Shown piece by piece: positions 7,389 to 11,067 of a DNA stretch of 11,067 nucleotides. Origin of the DNA: a virus (lineage: Duplodnaviria; Heunggongvirae; Uroviricota; Caudoviricetes); IMG/VR virus record IMGVR_UViG_2534681675_000020; one strand, written 5' to 3'. The position numbers and the translations under genes were made by a program. The stretch's first letter is position 1. Every line of letters starts with the position of its first letter. Below the pieces are notes generated by a model. The model did no database searches and was not told the origin of the DNA. It worked only from the letters and a program-made list of their open reading frames with translations.

Positions 7389-7616
7389 TTATTCTCCGGT
7401 GTGATGCGCTTTATTATTCTCGTGAATTGCCATCACTGTATTTAATTCGTTAATTACTGGCGTTAATAATGTGTGCACGGCAGAAAACATCATGGGATAT
7501 GATTCATCGCCATTTTCCGGCACTTCCATTAACTTAAGTAATAATGCCTCCATTTCCTTTGCGCGGATTAATGCATTCTCAGAATGAATAAGAACATTAA
7601 AGGGTATTTTATGCAT
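7389..7616 (-). CDS. hypothetical protein, 75 aa (AT-rich gene)
   Basis: Preferred start ATG at 7614-7616 (MHKIPF...) with GGGAGA about 9 nt upstream; this start overlaps the stop of the upstream gene by 8 nt (ATGCATAA). The track start at 7652 lies inside the upstream gene. Locally AT-rich by eye. Confidence 0.45.
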   Translation of the reverse strand: MHKIPFNVLIHSENALIRAKEMEALLLKLMEVPENGDESYPMMFSAVHTLLTPVINELNTVMAIHENNKAHHTGE

Positions 7617-7839
7617 CACACAGTTTCTCCCTGATTCTTTTAGTGTCCTCATTGAGGATGTCTGTAGCTTTTGTCAGTGAGTTTTTGATAATTATTTTTA
7701 TTGTTTTAAATTTTCTTTTGTCGTACTCCGACTGTGATTTCCTCTCCATGATCTCTACCATGCAATTTATATCCACAAGCGCATGTATCAGTACTTTCAA
7801 TGCTTCGCCTGCTGCGTCCGGCGTGTTTTTATTGCACAT
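7609..7839 (-). CDS. hypothetical protein, 76 aa (AT-rich gene)
   Basis: ATG at 7837-7839 (MCNKNTPDAAGE...) preceded by AGGAGG with 5-nt spacing. The track ORF extends to 7881, but that upstream start has no RBS. Confidence 0.5.
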   Translation of the reverse strand: MCNKNTPDAAGEALKVLIHALVDINCMVEIMERKSQSEYDKRKFKTIKIIIKNSLTKATDILNEDTKRIREKLCDA

Positions 7840-8443
7840 GGCGCACCTCCTGACGAATACGGGCGGCGAATACAGCAACACAACCGGACGGGCAACGACT
7901 ACGCGCTTCGCGTTCCGTCCAGGCGGTTACGTGGATGATTTGGGATTCTGACGCGCCAAAGATGATAAAGCGCCAGATAAAGGCAGTTTGAGAATGTACG
8001 AGGGCAGGGATAGTAGCCATGTTGGCAGCCTCTTCGTTAGGTTTAATAAACCCACCGCAGGAAACGCCAATTTCGCTGGCGGTGGACTGTACAGGGTTGG
8101 CGTAACCGGTTAACGAAGAACCCGGCGCGGATTGCTCCGCCCCCATACAGCCCACCATTGATAAGGTGTGACTATCCGGCACAAAAAAACACGCAGGGCG
8201 CGTGTTGTGCGCTTCGTTAAATACCAGGACGCCAATCCCGGCACCAGATTTTGCTGGTGCGGATAAATCATAGCCCTGGCTGGCAATGGCGATCAACTGG
8301 TTTTTCTGGCGTGCTTCCTGTTCGCTGGTGGCCTCAATGGTAATCACGCGCGGTTGTGCTGTGCTCAGGGCGATAAAACGCCAGATATATTTATTCAGGT
8401 TGTGCGAGTCCCGCCCTTGCGGGTGTATGGTATGATTTAACAT
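7829..8443 (-). CDS. hypothetical protein, 204 aa, with a diverged internal repeat; first gene of the leftward early operon
   Basis: ATG at 8441-8443 with GAGG 5 nt upstream; C-terminus overlaps the next gene by 11 nt. N- and C-terminal segments repeat: IWRFIALSTAQPRVITIEATSEQEAR versus IWRFIIFGASESQIIHVTAWTEREAR. It is the C-terminal part of a 423-codon open frame whose upstream part is judged non-coding. Confidence 0.4.
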   Translation of the reverse strand: MLNHTIHPQGRDSHNLNKYIWRFIALSTAQPRVITIEATSEQEARQKNQLIAIASQGYDLSAPAKSGAGIGVLVFNEAHNTRPACFFVPDSHTLSMVGCMGAEQSAPGSSLTGYANPVQSTASEIGVSCGGFIKPNEEAANMATIPALVHSQTAFIWRFIIFGASESQIIHVTAWTEREARSRCPSGCVAVFAARIRQEVRHVQ

Positions 8444-8525
8444 AGCTACCTCGATACTCTCGTTATCGTTGGTGGTTAGAAGCCCGGTTAGTGTTAGCGC
8501 ACTGCCGGGTTTCGTCGTTTCTGCA

Positions 8526-8622
8526 CCTTGTATCAACAAGGTGTAAGACACAATGTAAAATAATAGTGTCTTACACGTCAACCCTTCAAAATAATTTTTT
8601 TTCGTGTATATTGTCTTACACC
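8526..8622. promoter_or_regulatory. divergent control region: three copies of operator motif GTGTAAGACAC plus a sigma70-like promoter for the + strand gene
   Basis: GTGTAAGACAC at 8541-8551, inverted GTGTCTTACAC at 8566-8576, third copy TGTCTTACAC at 8612-8621; small palindrome CCTTG-TATCAA-CAAGG at 8526-8541. -35 TTCAAA (8585-8590), 16-nt spacer, -10 TATATT (8607-8612). Confidence 0.45.
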
Positions 8623-8642
8623 AAAAACATAAGGAGTTAGAC

Positions 8643-8822
8643 ATGGCAACAGGTCCAAAGAATGCAAAATCACAATCTGTAACTGCACGTATTGCCCATG
8701 AAATTATTGAAGGCATGGAAAACGTGAAAGAAGAAGGCGAAAGTACAGGGCAGTTTATAAGTGCAGCCATGCGCGGCGAGATCAAACGCCGCCAGCGCCG
8801 CAAGGCCAAAGAGCAGGAGTAG
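8643..8822 (+). CDS. small DNA-binding-like protein (possible ribbon-helix-helix fold), 59 aa; candidate island regulator
   Basis: ATG at 8643 with AGGAG 6 nt upstream. A short beta-like segment SVTARIAHEII is followed by two predicted helices and a basic tail KRRQRRKAKEQE. It is the only convincing + strand gene in the window. The fold is inferred, not searched. Confidence 0.5.
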   Translation: MATGPKNAKSQSVTARIAHEIIEGMENVKEEGESTGQFISAAMRGEIKRRQRRKAKEQE

Positions 8823-8925
8823 CTCCACCGGAATTTTTTTCCGGTTACGCTTTGCCCACCAGCCGCAAATGTGGCATTGTTGGCTATGCTCATGCGTTGG
8901 GGATAACGTGTAGCTTGTGTCGAGG

Positions 8926-8953
8926 GGCCACCGTAGCGGGTGGCCTTTGTTTT
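8926..8953 (+). terminator. rho-independent terminator
   Basis: Stem GGCCACC (8926-8932) / GGTGGCC (8939-8945), loop GTAGCG, followed by TTTGTTTT. Confidence 0.45.
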
Positions 8954-9049
8954 GCCTGTTATCCGGCAATTGTGGCGCTTCGTCACACGGTTGATATAAT
9001 TCCACTGCACTGATCCATTTTTTTCGCAGCAGGTTAATTGTTCGCAAGG

Positions 9050-9077
9050 GCGCTCCGGCAACGGGGCGCTTTTTGTT
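9050..9077 (+). terminator. rho-independent terminator with GNRA loop
   Basis: 8-bp stem GCGCTCCG / CGGGGCGC with one G-U pair, loop GCAA, followed by TTTTTGTT. Confidence 0.45.
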
Positions 9078-9104
9078 ATGTTCATCGCGTTACGCCTCAC
9101 ACCA

Positions 9105-9311
9105 TTACGCAGCCGTTCCGCGCGCTTCTTCCTCGCGCTCTTTCAGCCAGGCCAGCACTTCATCTTCATACCAGCCAACACGGCGCAGACCGATTTTGAA
9201 GCCTTTCGGGAATTTTCCGGCGTTGATCATGTCCTGTAGCGAACTGTCTGCCTTGATGCGCAGAATATTTTTTACTTCCTGACGGGTAAGAATTTTTCTG
9301 ATTGTTTCCAC
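9105..9311 (-). CDS. alpA: AlpA-family phage transcriptional regulator/excisionase-like protein
   Basis: 68 aa with GTG start at 9309-9311 and GAGG RBS. Motif ...LRIKADSSLQDMINAGKFPKGFKIGLRRVGWYEDEVLAWLKER is typical of the AlpA/Phage_AlpA family (HTH followed by a conserved W). Confidence 0.75.
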   Translation of the reverse strand: METIRKILTRQEVKNILRIKADSSLQDMINAGKFPKGFKIGLRRVGWYEDEVLAWLKEREEEARGTAA

Positions 9312-9375
9312 TATGTTTTACCTCGTTAATCCGGCGTATTCCGGTGATAAATACGGTAAAACAGGGCAGGGCGGG

Positions 9376-9418
9376 AAAAACAGTACCCACCGTTTTAAAA
9401 CGGTACCCACTGTTTTTT
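9376..9418. promoter_or_regulatory. composite palindrome upstream of alpA (possible operator or bidirectional terminator)
   Basis: Perfect 16-bp palindrome ACCGTTTTAAAACGGT (9389-9404) flanked by direct repeats GTACCCAC (9383-9390, 9403-9410) and outer arms AAAAACAGT / ACTGTTTTTT. Confidence 0.35.
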
Positions 9419-9446
9419 ATCTTATTGATTACGCTTTTCTTTCTGC

Positions 9447-9476
9447 AAAAAAATAGCGACCGCAAGGGGCCGCTAT
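9447..9476 (-). terminator. rho-independent terminator after the 80-aa gene
   Basis: Stem ATAGCGACC / GGCCGCTAT (one mismatch), loop GCAAGG, preceded on the + strand by A7 (9447-9453), i.e. a U7 tail on the minus strand. Confidence 0.5.
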
Positions 9477-9481
9477 TGTGA

Positions 9482-9724
9482 TTACCGTTTCCACTTCTTA
9501 GGTCGCCCACCGCATTTAAGGCTGGTGGGCCTCAGCACCTTGTCGATACTTTCAGCCAGATTTTTCGATGCGCCACGCGAGCGCAAAAAACTGACTACCT
9601 CGTGTTTTGTGGGGGCAGTTGATTTGTCTTCCGGATCGTACGTTGACCAGAATTCACGATTTGCCATTAAGGCCAGTTGAAGGCCTTCACCATAGGCAGG
9701 GGATACCTTTTCATTGAAAAACAC
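9482..9724 (-). CDS. hypothetical protein, 80 aa (GTG start)
   Basis: GTG at 9722-9724 preceded by AGGAG with 8-nt spacing; basic C-terminus GGRPKKWKR. Lies between the integrase and alpA. No recognisable motif. Confidence 0.4.
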   Translation of the reverse strand: MFFNEKVSPAYGEGLQLALMANREFWSTYDPEDKSTAPTKHEVVSFLRSRGASKNLAESIDKVLRPTSLKCGGRPKKWKR

Positions 9725-9825
9725 TCGGATAACTCCTTGAATTTCAAGAGTCGGGTCTCTCTGTATATGGTGATTATACGATGGTTTAGCATGGTTTGCA
9801 TCGCTTTTACTGGTTTTTTGTACAG

Positions 9826-11067
9826 TTACACGGCACGGATACCCCTTTTACCACTGGCTATGGTCACTCCGGTTGCTGCGGCCTCTACAAATTCCCCCCA
9901 CCAGCGCATAAGCACCACGCGCTTTTCCAGGTAGTTACTTCGGTTATATGCTCGCCTTACCTCGTTCGTGTCCACGTGTGCGAGTGCGGCCTCGATTACG
10001 TCCGGCTCGAATCCTTCCTCGTTCGCTGCTGTGCTGAATATGGCGCGTAATCCATGAGACACCAGCACGCCAGCGAATCCCATTCGCCGCAATGCTGCGT
10101 TGGCGGTCTGGCTGTTCATAGGCTGCCGTGGGTCTTTCAGGCTAGGGAAAACGTGCTCGCGGTGGTGGCTGATTGGCTTCATGGCCTCCAGTACCGCCAT
10201 AGCCTGACTACAAAGCGGGATAACGTGATCACGCCGCATCTTCATGCGTCCGGCGGGGATCGTCCATTGTTGCGCGTCCATGTCGATTTCTTCCCAGCGT
10301 GCTGACGATGCTTCAACCGGACGGGTTACAGTCAGTAGCTGCCATTCAATCAGTAATCTGGTCTGCCGTTCTGTTGCTGATACGGATAAAGCCTGCATAA
10401 GCTCCGGCAACTGTTCGGGGCGGATTGTTGGCATATGTTTTTTTACAGGGGAGGGGAACGCCTTACGCACATTCATAGCCGGATTGGCATCAATCAGCCC
10501 ACTGTTGGCGGCGTAATCCATTACCTCATTAACGCGCTGTAAAACCCGCTTGAGTGTTTCCAGGTTGCCGCGCTCCTTGATGGGTGTAAGCACCTCAACG
10601 AACCTTCGGGCAGTGAGGGTATCTATTGGCGTGTTGCCGATGAACGGGAATACATATTTATCCAGCGAACGCCAGATGTCTTTAATCGTGTTGGGGGCCA
10701 GATTCTGGCTGATTTTCACCTGGTACCATGCCGCCGCCACATTTTCGAACGTGTTCCCTTGTCTTCGGGCCTCTGCCTCTCGTTTTTTCTTCTCATGGTC
10801 CTGCGGGTCAGTTCCGGCACTGATTAACGTCCTGTACTCGCTACGGCGTTTTCTGGCATCAGCCAGGGAAACATCTTCAAGCGATCCAAAACTCAGCAAT
10901 ATTCTTTTTTTGTCCGATGGTCGGTAGTAGGAAAATCGCCAGAGTTTTGATCCGGACGGTTTTACCAGGAGAAAAAGCCCACCGCCGTCCTGTAGGGTGT
11001 ACTCCTTTTGCGCTGGTCTGGCTGCTTTGATCTGCACTGTGGTTAATGGGGGTGTTTTTCTCGCCAT
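9826..11067 (-). CDS. int: tyrosine recombinase, P4-type integrase
   Basis: 413 aa. N-terminal arm-binding motif LQDGGGLFLLVKPSGSKLWRFSYY; catalytic-domain signatures HGLRAIFSTAANEEGF...AALAH and the tyrosine region RRAYNRSNYLEKR. The start codon sits at the window edge, so the true start could lie beyond it. Confidence 0.9.
   Translation of the reverse strand: MARKTPPLTTVQIKAARPAQKEYTLQDGGGLFLLVKPSGSKLWRFSYYRPSDKKRILLSFGSLEDVSLADARKRRSEYRTLISAGTDPQDHEKKKREAEARRQGNTFENVAAAWYQVKISQNLAPNTIKDIWRSLDKYVFPFIGNTPIDTLTARRFVEVLTPIKERGNLETLKRVLQRVNEVMDYAANSGLIDANPAMNVRKAFPSPVKKHMPTIRPEQLPELMQALSVSATERQTRLLIEWQLLTVTRPVEASSARWEEIDMDAQQWTIPAGRMKMRRDHVIPLCSQAMAVLEAMKPISHHREHVFPSLKDPRQPMNSQTANAALRRMGFAGVLVSHGLRAIFSTAANEEGFEPDVIEAALAHVDTNEVRRAYNRSNYLEKRVVLMRWWGEFVEAAATGVTIASGKRGIRAV

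Noticed and set aside
7829-9100. 423-codon minus-strand ORF spanning from just after alpA to the 76-aa gene
   Set aside because: Only the last 204 codons (from ATG 8443, with RBS) look protein-like. The upstream part runs antisense through the well-supported + strand gene, its promoter/operators and three + strand terminator hairpins, and its translation is Cys/Trp/Arg/Ser-rich. The length of the open frame is statistically odd and is noted, but I treat the upstream two-thirds as non-coding.

Overview
The window lies inside a phage-satellite-like integrative island (P4/PICI-type) in an enterobacterial chromosome; an IS2 remnant suggests an Escherichia/Shigella host. All island genes run on the minus strand from a tyrosine integrase at the right edge (its att site must lie beyond 11067). 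Leftwards: integrase, an 80-aa ORF, AlpA-like regulator, a divergent small RHH-like gene (+ strand) with triplicated operator repeats, a translationally coupled early operon (204-aa internally repeated protein, AT-rich 76-aa and 75-aa overlapping genes, 99-aa gene, P4-family primase/helicase), an iteron cluster (putative ori), a 92-aa gene coupled to an SSB homologue, then an operon of 68-aa protein, lambda gpE-like major capsid protein, gpD-like decoration protein and a 137-aa acidic protein. A 5'-truncated IS2 and a PerC-like regulator gene follow. Most interesting: the capsid pair in a satellite context with no portal, protease or terminase in the window; the unassignable 204-aa repeat protein; the RHH/operator switch; and the AT-rich small-gene pair. 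All protein assignments are from reading the translations and remembered family motifs; no database search was run.
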